Below the pieces are notes generated by a model. That model was not told the origin of the DNA. It saw only the letters and a list, made by a program, of their open reading frames with translations, and searched no databases. Positions 37,507 through 49,100 of a stretch of 64,000 nt of DNA are shown here, piece by piece. Each line of letters starts with the position of its first letter. Positions within the stretch are counted from its first letter, which is position 1. The stretch comes from Orbicella franksi (Eukaryota), in assembly GCA_964199315.1 (NCBI GenBank), contig OZ116699.1, forward strand, positions 33,046,001 to 33,110,000, given 5' to 3'. Position numbers and translations under genes: made by a program.

Positions 37507-40500
37507 GTGGAAAAAATACTGAGACAGTAACCAATTTGAAATCTGTCCCTTCCAGGTTTGTATCCGTGCAAAAACTACTCAAACACAAGAGCATTCTCGA
37601 TACCCAGGAAGCATGAACAACTACTTGATTTTCCAATAAGATTTTTAACTTTGAAGCTGTTTATTCTCAAGGGTTTATTTTCTGAAATTCGCTTTGACGT
37701 AGCCCTTTCATTCCGGTTGGTAAAAACCGTTCGAAAATTCAGCTCCATTTGTTCAATTCTACAATATAATTTCCAGTCTCCCGTGTAAGGAAAAACAAAA
37801 ACAGGAAACCAAATTATGAATGGGAAGCTAATTTTGGAAACACTTATCACTTGATTACATCCTTCTAAAAGTCAAGAAACCATTTCAATTAAACAACTAC
37901 TATACTATACCAATTTTCATATGTTTTTTAATGTTTTTAATATTTTATTATGTTATGTTACAGCGATCTTTCCCGTAACCGTATAAAGCGAATCGAGAAA
38001 GGACTTTTTAGTTACATGTTTTTGTTAAACATGCTGTAAGTGGTGATCGCAACATATCGAATATAAATTTATATTACAAGTCCCTGGAGGAAAACAGGGC
38101 GGAACAGCTTAAGTGAACCAGAGCGAAAAACTTAAAACTGTCTGGCCTATCTGCCCCAATTCAAAACAAACACCCCCCAAGACAGTCTCCACACTCGACA
38201 AAAAGTAATATGTATACTTATCAGTCTGAGGCAAAACACACAAGTCCAAGGACGATGAACAGTGCTTCAGTACTCTAATGATTTTAAGAAACCTTTACAA
38301 ATATTCTCTGCAACTTTCCAGTGGACTATCGCGTGTTCCGTAGCTTGAACTTACTTAGAACCCTTATATACACATTATGACGCTCTGCAAAGCACTGTTC
38401 GTTGGAGGCGCATCGCGTGACCAGTTTGGACGAATATGCAACTCTGAGAAAAACACATTGGCGTTTTGTAACAAATATACCTTCGATTGACAATTATTCT
38501 GTTGCAGATCTTTGTCACTCAACGAAATCACGTATATTGATGACGAGGCTTTTCGGAACAACTTTGACCTCAGATACTTGTGAGAAAATCCATTTTTTAT
38601 AAAACTTATAAAACTTCATAGATTAAAGTTAGATTAAAGATTAAAGATTAGCTTAAGAAAAATTGATAATCATGAAGACAGTTTGCATAATTAGGCATTT
38701 TCTATCTCTTGGCTGTTTCGGTACGATTTTGTATCGATTTATGCTCTTCTAACTTCATACGAAGAGATGCCGTTCCAAGATGGCAGATTTCATGACCCCT
38801 TTAACAAGTATAGAGTAATCCTGAGGTATTACAGTATATACTTTCACGTGCTCATCTCATAACGAGAAACAAAGGGGACTCCACTGTCAAAAAGAACCTC
38901 GTCAGGTAGACTTGCGTGCCGCGATCTGTTTTCGTTTGTTTTCGAATATTTGAAAAGATCTGCAATGAAAAATTATTTTCCTCAAGATGCTTCAAACACA
39001 AAAGCGCTGTAGAAAGTTTTAGCCTTACTGAAGTTAAAATTGCCGGAGAATTTTACAACTTTGCGTGATATGTTTTGTTACTCTTTTTTTAGGTTTCTGG
39101 ATAGAAATCGACTTCGTAGCATTACCAGGCATCTTTTCTCGTGGATGGGTTCAGAATATCTGGAGATTATGGAAGACCATTTTTAATGATTAGCGATTCT
39201 TACAAGAAGTGTGAATTGTTTTTGTCCTCTATCGGAATACCAAACTATTCTTTTCTTCAGAATACTTTCAGGAAATCCACTTCTAGTTATCGAAGAAGGT
39301 GCTTTTGACAGAACTTGGAGGCTTCAAACCTTGTAAGCTTTTAGAGCTAGCAGCTACTGTCTTAAATTATTTTTATTTGATAAGAACGACACTGTTAAAT
39401 GTAACTTTCAAATGACCCTTTTAAAACGCCAGAGCAGAAAGTAGTTTGGAATTGGGCAAGAAAAAAAACTTAGCTGCTAAGCAAAGGTGCAAAATATAAA
39501 AATAAGAAAATCCGCAAACATGGCCCGGATGCAGATCTAATGACAAAATCGGTGAAAAAATCCGGAAAATTAAAAAAACCTAAAATATTACGTTTGCATG
39601 TGGCCAAATTGTTCAATATGTATTTATTTTATCATTCAAATTTTTAAGCAATCTGCATTTTCCTCATTGATATAATATTAGCTGTTTGAATGCATTGTCC
39701 TTTTGTCTCGTATGTGTTTGAAAAAACCTCTTGAAAACTAATTTGAGAGATGTAAAGCAGTCATCATCGCCGTTCGCCTAAACGAAAAATCTGATTTAAC
39801 TTAGAATATTTTTTTATACATATAAAAAGTTCCACCAGAGCTACATTCTTGCCAAGGTTGAGATAAGAGTGTGTCTTGCCGAAGAACACAACGCTCGATC
39901 TGGAGTCTACCTAGTGCGCGCGGGCCCCCGCACCTAACTCAAAATCACTTCAAATAATTTAAATTTATTTCGCTCATTCTACTGAGAAAATCATATATCC
40001 TGAGCATTTATATCCAGTTCAGTAATTAAACTTTGTTTCGTTTGCATTTCGACTACAGAATTTTGGTAGACACCGACATAAAGACAGTTCAACTAAGTTT
40101 GTTTTCCATGCTGCCCTACCTCGAAGACATTGTGATGTACGTGTATAACATGACAACAACATAATACCGTGCTCACTGCTTTGTCAAGATTAGTAGCCAG
40201 TTGCATCACATGCATGAAAATTGCCTTATGCTTAGCGATCACCGTGTAAAGGTCGAAGAATTAATGGCAAAGTCATTTATGCTTATTCCCCCAAGCCTCA
40301 TATCTGGTAAATGGCCCTCTGTTCCTAAGAAGCTCTTTTCTAGGTCTCTGTTCGAGCTTCCCTCCTATCCCTTAGAGAGAAGCGGACTGACGGAAACACC
40401 GTGGGGTATATACATGAACACCGTACATTCTTACTCGATATGTTCATGGCATTTTATGAGACGTTATGGGTGTGTTGCATGGCCGTTATGTTCCCAGAGG

Positions 40501-41134
40501 CACGAATAGGATTTAGGGTGAGTATGGGTGCCATTTTCCCAAGCTTGGCATCTGATTTACTTTCCTTCATGGGTTCCCATTGGTTCAATACCATATTTTC
40601 GTTTTACAAGATTTGAACACATAATTACTTTTTTTTTTGTTTTGTGTAGCATTAAGCAAAATTGCAATATTTAGAGAGAAAGCCGCATCAGTACTGGCTG
40701 GTTTTCGTGTGGATCCTTTATCCAGTTAGAATTGCATGGACTTGGAAAATGTTGTTTTTCGAGAAGGTAGAAAAGCGGAATACCGGGAGAAGGAACCTAA
40801 GGGCAAAACGAGAATCGACAACTACCTCAACCCAACTAGGGCACCAGCCTTAATTAGAACTCGTGCCACATTGTTTGAGTCGAGCACCCTCATATTACTG
40901 CGCCATCCTTGTCCCTCAAAAATGTAAATAAAATATGCGATGGTTAATTGGTAAAAGAAATTAGTCTTAAGCTTTTACTGCACTTTTACATTTCACGGGC
41001 TTAGTTTGTCCAAGATTCAGTTACATTTCTTTTTAATTCAAATTTTTACTGGTTAATTTGAATATTTGTGACCACACTAACTGATCCTGGTATATTAGCA
41101 AATAATCTCTATCGTTTTTATGCCTTTTTCTAAG

Positions 41135-44100
41135 CTTGCCATGCCTTACCAATCCACCCGCTCTGATGTTGGATTATCCAGCCAATGCATTCCTGGAAGA
41201 GACTGGTTATACCTGTGCATTAATACCACAGGACTCCATCATTAGGACTTTCGAATGCACACCGTGCAGCTATGGCACTTACAAGACCGAAGAAGGATGC
41301 ACTCCATGCCCTCCCGGTAAAACATCGACTTATTGCATGTTTAACTTTTTCACTTTCATGTTTCACTCAAGACATGGTTGGGGGGTCTTGAGATGATTGC
41401 ATACACTCTAGTTAATGGTTTACAGATAACACGCGCAGATATTTTACAAGTTCGTCGTATTATTCCCATCAATAAATGTAGCATATTTATCAATTTAGTG
41501 GGGTTCTATCAGGACTCTTTGGCCCAAAAAGAAATCATCTCTTATGGAACAGGTTGCAAAACATGCCCTCCGGGAACTCACGTGGATCCTTCAAGAGCCC
41601 CTGGAAAAGCGGAGTCAGACTGTTTGGCGTGTCCAAAAGGTAAAATGTCATGTTTTCGTGGCTTTTATCACTGGTTGAGAGGACTTTTGGGAAATCAATG
41701 TATTCATGCCTCGGAGTGCTTGGGCTGACAACTTGCAGTTTAAACTATTAAATTCTTCTTGTTTGTTTGTTTCTACGGACAAGTCTGCTGAAAAGGTATT
41801 CCTCTTTCTCTACAAGGACAAATCTGAAAGTCTTTGCGGGATTCAGAGCATGTTTCTGTCTCTTGGGTCATTATCGTCTTGATCGCTATGGTACATGCGT
41901 GGTTTGTCCTCGAGGTTACGACTGTGTAAACGGCACTGTGACTCTAGGCAGTGGATTTTATTGGAGGTGGTCAGATGATCATACCAAACAAATGTACACT
42001 GCATTCAAAGACAATCTACAGATAACTGATGATTCCTTCAACTCGAGTTTAACAAAATGCTCGACTTTGTTGCCTGCTTCGTACGCGTGCCCAGTTGCAA
42101 AATCGTGCTTGGGAAGCCTGGATTCTACTTGTTCCCAGGGCTATGAAGGTCCTCTCTGTGGCGTTCAAGGGTATTTTAAATTGTTCACCAAATGCCAAAG
42201 ATGCCCATCTCTGCCTTGGATTGCTGTTCAATTCGTCATCGTATTTGCCCTTGTTTCCCTTGTGGCATTTCTTACTTTAAGAGAAAGAAAGAAAGAAGAA
42301 CACGCTCAGAGATCAGTGGCAGATATTCTCTTAGCAAGGCTCAAAATAGTTGTCAGCTTCTATCAAGTAACGTCTGGAACATTGAACGCATTCTCATACG
42401 TCAAGTGGCCTGAATCGGTGATAACTGTCGGCAACTACGCGGGGATGTTACAACTTAACCTTTTTTCAAATCGTTCCTATCCACTGCCTTAACAGCTCAA
42501 TGAAAATCTGATCTTATACCACTTTGCTTATGTTGGTCGCCCTCAGCGTTGCCTCGGTAGCAATTCCAGTAGCTTACTATCAGGGAAAAAGGTTTCTTCT
42601 CTATCGAAGTGGTAAGATGTCGGTTCGCAAACAGCGTCGTGCCATAGATCTAACAAAGGAACGTTGCCACCGAACTGCATTCCTACTGCTGTTCATTACA
42701 TACCCAGCAACTTGTGCCCATATCTTCACCGTGCTGCCTCAGGCGTGCCAAGAGATTTGCAGCGAGAACAAAAGCAGTGGATGCGAGGCCTTTTTGAAAG
42801 CGGATCTTTCCGTCAAGTGCCATTATGACGAGTATAATCGGTTTGTCGGATTTTCATACTTTTTTGTAACCAGCCGCATTTCCACTCGTCACTCTCCTTA
42901 TCCTATGGAAATGTCTCTCCAAGTCAAGAAAAGGTAACAGTGAAAAAGAACCAGATCCATTAGCCAGAGGACTTCGATTCTTCTATGAAAACTATTCGGA
43001 CAACTGTTGGTTCTGGGAGATTGTTGAATTGGCCCGCAAGGTATTACTCACCTCAGCGCTTTTACTGACAGACGCACAGAGTCGTACCTACATTGGTTCC
43101 GCGACAATCATCTCTGGCCTTTACACAGTGTTGTTTGCCTGCTACAAACCAATAACGGACTCCTTTGAACATTGGCTTCAACTGATCTCCCTCATGGCAA
43201 GCTCTGTTAATTTCTCGGTGGGCATGTTGCTCAAGGTATGGCCAAACATACGGATTCCAGTTATTTTTATATATGATTATTTTTTTTGCAGAATACTGGG
43301 CGAGAAAATCTCCTTCAGATGTATTAATAATATAACTTTCCCCGGAGAATCATCTGGGCAAGATAATTATTAATCTTTTTGACCAAGCAACTGTCGATGT
43401 CTTACGTGCAAACTTTTCTAAGTCAACTGGGCCTAATTCACAACACAAAAATTGGATCGCTGTGGAATTTATTTGTCACTCGCACGACATATTCCCTAGA
43501 TTCTTTACTTCTGAGCAGACATAGAACCACTCATCGGACGCATGTTGGCCACAAGGTGGCTATTGGTTTAGCCTAATTTGGTTTTATCAATTGGGTTGAT
43601 AATGTGAATTGGCCACCGTAAAGAGATTAGAAAGCCGACGTTTCGAGCGTTAGCCCTTCGTCAGAGCGAATCCGCCTGTTTCGCTCCGACGAAGGGCTAA
43701 CGCTCGAAACGTCAGCTGTTGAATCTCTTTACGGTGGCCAATTTACATTATCAACCCAGTTGACAAAACCAAATTATCGTGTTATGCTCCCCACCGACGC
43801 GGGACCACAGTTTCTTTAGAAACTTACCCCCTCTATTCATTTATTGGTTTAGTCTGCCTACCTTTATACTCCCCTTAGCTGTATTCGTGTCCTAGGCTGG
43901 TGAAATTATTGCCATTTTGTTATTGCGTTTCAGATTCCAAACGAGGTTATCTCCTCAGCAGCTAATAAAGAAGTAGACTATGTAATGCTCAGCGTTCTGC
44001 TCGTGGCAGCCAACACACTAGTTATCGCCGTAACAGCAGGTACAAATATATGAACCAAACATACTGACCAGCGTGTAATTTCTTCTTGAGCTGTCGATAG

Positions 44101-44813
44101 AAAATTGAGCATAAAGGTTATGAGAAAAGCGGAATGGATCGCCGTGCTCAGCAAGAGAAATCATCCTAATGGACACATGTGTATAATCAAATCGGTCCCT
44201 TCAACAGTTGTACAGATTTGAATTGCATGGAGACCTGTGAGAAGATGAGAATAATTTTCAACGAATGTAGATATAGACCGGATTGGGAATGAGTCAGTAC
44301 ATATGGGTTCCCGGGTCATTATGCGACTAAAGGCAACTGAAGTCGAAAATCGTACAGTCATTTACACAAAAATCAGTAACCCCCTTTTAGCGCGGGTTGG
44401 TCTCCCTATCCCCCAGGATTACCTTACATTTTAAAGCCCAGACGCGTTTCTTATGATCATGCACTGTGATTGCTTAAGTTGAATCGTGCACTCCACCTCT
44501 AGTTTTACACCATTACTGTTTTCTCATTCCCGCTTTTCAGTGCAGTACTTTGTGACCCTTGGTCGAAAGTTCTGGACGCTGCGTCGAAATCCTCACTGCA
44601 GTGCAGACTGCTGTCTGTCGCTTGTACACTGCAGGAGGTGGGAGATGTGGCTACGTCTTCTCAACAACCACAACTCCAACAAGAAACCTTCAGCGAGGAT
44701 TTGAATGCTTCGGGATTGGTAACGGCTGCTGCTGAAAGAGAGGAAGTAACGGACAAACCCGCAGCACAGGATGATGACGCTAAAGGTGGTCACGCCAGGC
44801 GGAAAGTGAAATA
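41135..44813 (+). pseudogene. Cys-rich (CxxC/CP.G) repeats and multi-pass membrane region of the receptor
   Basis: CTPCSYGTY...CTPCPPG; GFYQD...CKTCPPGT...CLACPKG; ACFC...CVVCPRG...CSQGYEGPLC; hydrophobic helices with KIVVSFYQV, LLFITYP, FLKADLSVKC, LRFFYENYSDNCWFWEIVELARKVLL. Frameshifts in T6 runs at 42461-42466 and 42860-42865; stops TGA 42509 and TAA 42867. Confidence 0.85.
43575..43775. mobile_element. ~200-bp near-perfect hairpin, Penelope-like inverted pseudo-LTR remnant
   Basis: ~96-bp arms around a 9-nt loop (TCCGCCTGT); core GACGAAGGGCTAACGCTCGAAACGTCAGC; partial related copy near 26930-26980. Confidence 0.7.
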
Positions 44814-45388
44814 AATGAAACGGAAAATATATTACCCAAAGATCATGCTGAATAACCACATACAACTAACAAACGCTTACCGCTTGTAGACATTGTATTA
44901 AAGAATAGCTGATGGATATAGACTGAAGCAGTCTCTTCTCAGATCCTGTGTGAGAGAGGACTGGAGACCGACCGGAGAAGGAATTTTATTACATGTACAT
45001 TTACTCCTTCCGTCCACGATTTTGTCCGCTCTATTTTTCCAACATTCTTGCGCTTGAGGACAACTAAGGAAAACGAGACTTTTCGCAGACTTTGCACTGA
45101 TCTATTAAAAAGAGCCTCTTTCCTTTAATTTTCATCTTGTGATAAGATATAATTTGATTTTCCACAATCTCATGCATGTACTTTTGTAACGGTTTACGAT
45201 CGCTTGTTTAGTAGTCGTTTAGACTTTCTTTGCACTAACGGAATTGGTTGTCGGTCTCCATGTACAGCTGTGGGTGAGTTTAAAAGCACTAAATAAGTTG
45301 ACTCAATAATTGAGTGGTAGGACAAGTCAGTCTAAAACGTTGTACAGTAATCTCTTCGCGAGAGTGAATGATTATAGAGCCTTGCCTG

Positions 45389-45389
<1 letters not shown>

Positions 45390-45446
<57 letters not shown>

Positions 45447-45540
45447 CACTTCATTTAAGTGTCCATGTATTTAACACTAATGTGCTACTTGGGGACACTT
45501 TTAAATAAATAAACAAATATTTCAAATATAACATAAACTA
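45390..45540 (-). mobile_element. (AAT)19 tail plus LINE (L2/CR1-like) 3' UTR remnant
   Basis: Minus strand: AAGTGTCCCCAAGTAGCAC...GGACACTTAAATGAAGTG then (ATT)n; AAGTGTCC/GGACACTT stem is typical of a LINE 3' end. Clade assignment is inference. Confidence 0.6.
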
Positions 45541-46108
45541 GGAATGACTAGGAAGTAGGTCGGATCCTTCCAAACAGGAATAGATATTAGTGACATAGAA
45601 CGAAAAATGGGTTTATTCTATAGAAAATTCGTGGATACGATTTTTTACCCGAACGAGTGAGCGCAGCGAACGAGAAAGCTTTCTGATACACCTCAACAGT
45701 GCTTACATATTATGTGCTACAAACAGGCATTAAACTAACTAAAACAATTCGAATCAAGCTCAAACAACCACAACATCAAAACATTGAGAGAGCTCTCACG
45801 GCCAAGCACACTGGGCCCAAGGAACAAGGTTACTGAGCTACATGCAGAAACAAATTGACAAATGTTGAAACTTTATTTAAAAAAAAAAAAAAAAACACAG
45901 CACGGCTATTTACACGTCGAATCTTGTTTACATATTTCAACCACAAACCTTAATTTCACCAACCATTTAAGACAAGCTAAAGATCAAGTTTCCATTTCAA
46001 CTGGTACCAACACTATATCTCGAAAAAAACACAATTTTGAGGCTTTTGTATTTACATGTAATACCTCTTGAAATCTAAATTGAAATGGCATTGGAAAACT
46101 CAGTTATT

Positions 46109-49100
46109 TTAATAGCTTTCGTCGTCATCTTCATCAAAGTGATCCAATCTTCTTGTTCTGTAAGCCTCTTTAAATTGTTCATCAAACAACTCCAGGTCCC
46201 TTTCATCACGTAGCACACCCTACAAAAAGAAAAGGTTAAGGAATATTGCCACTGTAATCTAAATGCTATCGGGACTGTAAACACGACGTACGACGAGTTG
46301 GCTCAACCCAAAGGTCTCTGATGAGTCTCTTGGCAGGGACGACACATGCGTGTCAGACTAAGCGCAAAAATGTTAAAATAGCAGCAATAAAACATTCTAG
46401 TGTTTTGCCCCTCTCTAACTGGCAAAAGGCACCCTTACGCACATTTACATGTAAGGTGGTGGTTGAGAGGGAACGAGGGACACAGCGAGAGGGGAGGAGG
46501 GGGGCTAAGGAAGGGAAGTAGGGAAGGTGGAGGGAAGAGGTCTTTATTTACGCAAAGGCATCGAGTTGTCATCTGCGTCGTTGATTTAAAACAAACCTTG
46601 TTGGGTTTCTTGTAGGTGTTAGGCAGATTCCCTTAGAAAAAAAAAATAAACACGTGTGTGCACGTGCTAGAGGAAACACCCACCTTGGGCAAGAAACCCA
46701 GGAGTTTTGAAGCGTGTTCTTTGAGCATTCTCTGTCTTTCTTGTTCAATAATCTGTCTCCTGTACTCCTCCATTCTCTCTTGTTCACGACGAGCCTCGAG
46801 CTCTGCTTCCTGTAAACAGAAAAACAAAATATTCAGAAACACAAAAGGACAGCGTAGCAATTGCCACAGTACCAAAGCGTCAGGACAAAGAACGTCTTCC
46901 TACCCTTTCTCTCTGGAACTGTATTCTCCTGTCTTCAATTAATTTTTCCACGGCCCTCTTGTGCTCCAGTTGTTTCATGCGCCTCTTCTGAGCGTTCATT
47001 TGTTCGATTCGATCATCTTCGGCAAACTTCTCAAGCATCTGAAAGAAGAACCACGACTGGTGTAAACAAATGATCATCAAAATAAACAAAAATGTTATAG
47101 CATCGATGAGAATGCTTATGTAGCCCGCCTTCATAAAGTGGAGCCTCAACTTTTTTAAACTGATTCCTGGGCCCTTTACAATGGGAAATGACTTTCGGGA
47201 GGGACGAAGTCGTTCCTCTCGTTGAACGAACGGGTGAATGATTTAAAACATGTGGCATGTGTTCTAATCTTTCTGATATTCAGCAAATTATTCCGTGATT
47301 TTTCACGTCAAAAGAAAAGAACTCTTTCAAATAAATTCTGACCATTTTTTTCACCTCCTTGTGATCATAACACTAAGTCCACGTGTCAACAACAACGGCA
47401 AAGGTTCATTGATAAACGAAACGGGTTTACGATGGATTCAACAAGTACCTTTCTTCTAAACTCATCCTCTTCTTCTCTCTCTGCCTGTCGCTTCGCCTCC
47501 TTGAACTGGAGTTGCTGTCGACGTGTTTGTTGCAAGTCCAACCGCTGACGAAGTCTGTTTTCAATCGCCATCTAAACGAAGACAGAACAAAAAAAATTCA
47601 TTACTTCAGTCATTTGACTACTCAGCATTCGTACTTTGTATAAGTCTTCCTTTTCTCTTGCTGTTGTTCCGACTTTGTCCCTGTTTTTACCCACTGACTG
47701 TTTTAGACAACAAGTAGAAACCATTGCGTCTCAGAGTTAAGATTTTCTGGGGAAGAAAACCATTCTTTTGCTACAATTAGCGCTTTATGACTCGTAGGTG
47801 ATGGAGGTCACTCAAACGACGTAGCGAGTTTTGAAGCTGATGTTATGAGCATTAGCCCTTCCTCCAAGCTCTTACGAAGGGCGAAACGACAGCTACCCAG
47901 CTTAGCTTGCCCCCGACGAAGCCCAGTAGTTTCTTAAGAAAATAACACCCTGGTCCCTTTTTTTGCAAGTTAGTCTTTAAATATACTCGATTAATGCCAC
48001 AAAAAACCCACCGCTTTCCCTTCGTAAATCTCGTCTTATTCAATAAACCTTGCTTTTTCACCGAATAGTTACTTGTTCTGATGGTTCAGTCAGTAACTAC
48101 CACAATATTTAGAAATAGGCTCTCTAACCTTCGTTGTAAAAACAAAGTCAAAGAAATTACATCAGGCCAAACAGCGGTGAACCAATCCGAACTCTCGGTA
48201 AATCTGTGCAACCCACAGCAAGTAAGGGAAACCCATATTCACGGCTGACTTTGGCTTACGCCTGATTGGCTGAACAGGTTGCTCGAGTTTTTCGAACCAA
48301 TGACAGAGCTCAGTATATTGAACACCCAAGAAAACAAGAATTATCTTCTCATGAAACCTGTCATATTTAGATGCGACTACTACAAAACAAGGCGAGATTT
48401 AAACGGCGTTCTTTTCACCTTTTCCTTCTGCCTTTCCATTTCTTCTTGTTCTTCAAGATAAAGCTCAGTTCGGATTCTACAGAGCAACAATCAGGAAGAG
48501 ATTAGCAAATGCCCTTGTGTTAACACTGTCAGTTTATGTACATGTAAGAAGATGATGCAAAAACGGCAATTCTGAGATCTCCTAAATGAAAAAAGTGGTT
48601 TGCACCTGTTTCCGTAGTTTTCAAAATATTAGTTATGGTAGTATTTAATCTTAATTTTTTTTGCTAAAAAAAAAAGAAAAGATAAACGAAACGGTATAGC
48701 GAAACAGATGATAACGTATTTGTAATGTCTTGAATTGCGGTCAGTTAACTTTTGTTACCGTTGTTTTGTTTTTGTTCTTGTTGTTGTTACTATTTGTGCA
48801 TGCATGATTCACATTTGTTTGATTGTGTGGTCATAAACTTGCCAAGATGACGCAGATATTAAGTTTGTATTCGTACCTTTCCATCTCATCTCTAGCTTCC
48901 GCCTCCTCCTGTATCTGCTTTGTGAGCTGGAAAGACAACAAGAACGATTCAAATTCAGTTTGCCCAGTAAACCTTGTACGTCTTCATGTTCATGTACATG
49001 TTCACCTACCACGTGAAAAATCAGCCAGCCCCAGACAGGCATCGTGTTTGAATAAAACTATTAATTATATACTCAAACAGATGAGCTCAGACTGTAGGAC

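Larger units (their letters stand above)
33906..40136 (+). pseudogene. Array of 63-78-nt phase-2 leucine-rich-repeat exons
   Basis: e.g. YLDGNNIKNISRGTFSRLLFLNKL, DLEENFIYEIDEDAFLRLDNLKFL, SLSLNEITYIDDEAFRNNFDLRYL, ILSGNPLLVIEEGAFDRTWRLQTL. The 39093-39170 donor reads at|ggaag. Decayed exon-like stretches near 33610-33690, 35510-35560, 37560-37640, 38230-38365. Confidence 0.85.
19691..44813 (+). pseudogene. Decaying multidomain receptor gene: MAM, 4xSRCR, LRRNT, LRR array, Cys-rich repeats, multi-pass (7TM-like) region
   Basis: Exons join by phase: MAM 19691-19828; MAM/SRCR fusion 20126-20428; SRCR 21150-21476, 22060-22392, 22873-23196 (phase 1); LRRNT 23726-23837 (1 to 2); phase-2 LRR exons 33906-33977, 35076-35138, 35222-35293, 35400-35471, 35749-35823, 37090-37164, 38508-38579, 39093-39170, 39261-39332, 40059-40136; Cys-rich 41135-41316, 41499-41639; TM exon 41817-43235; 43934-44039; last exon from 44541. 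Several stops, frameshifts and one GT-to-GG donor. The start codon/signal exon was not found. Confidence 0.75.
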
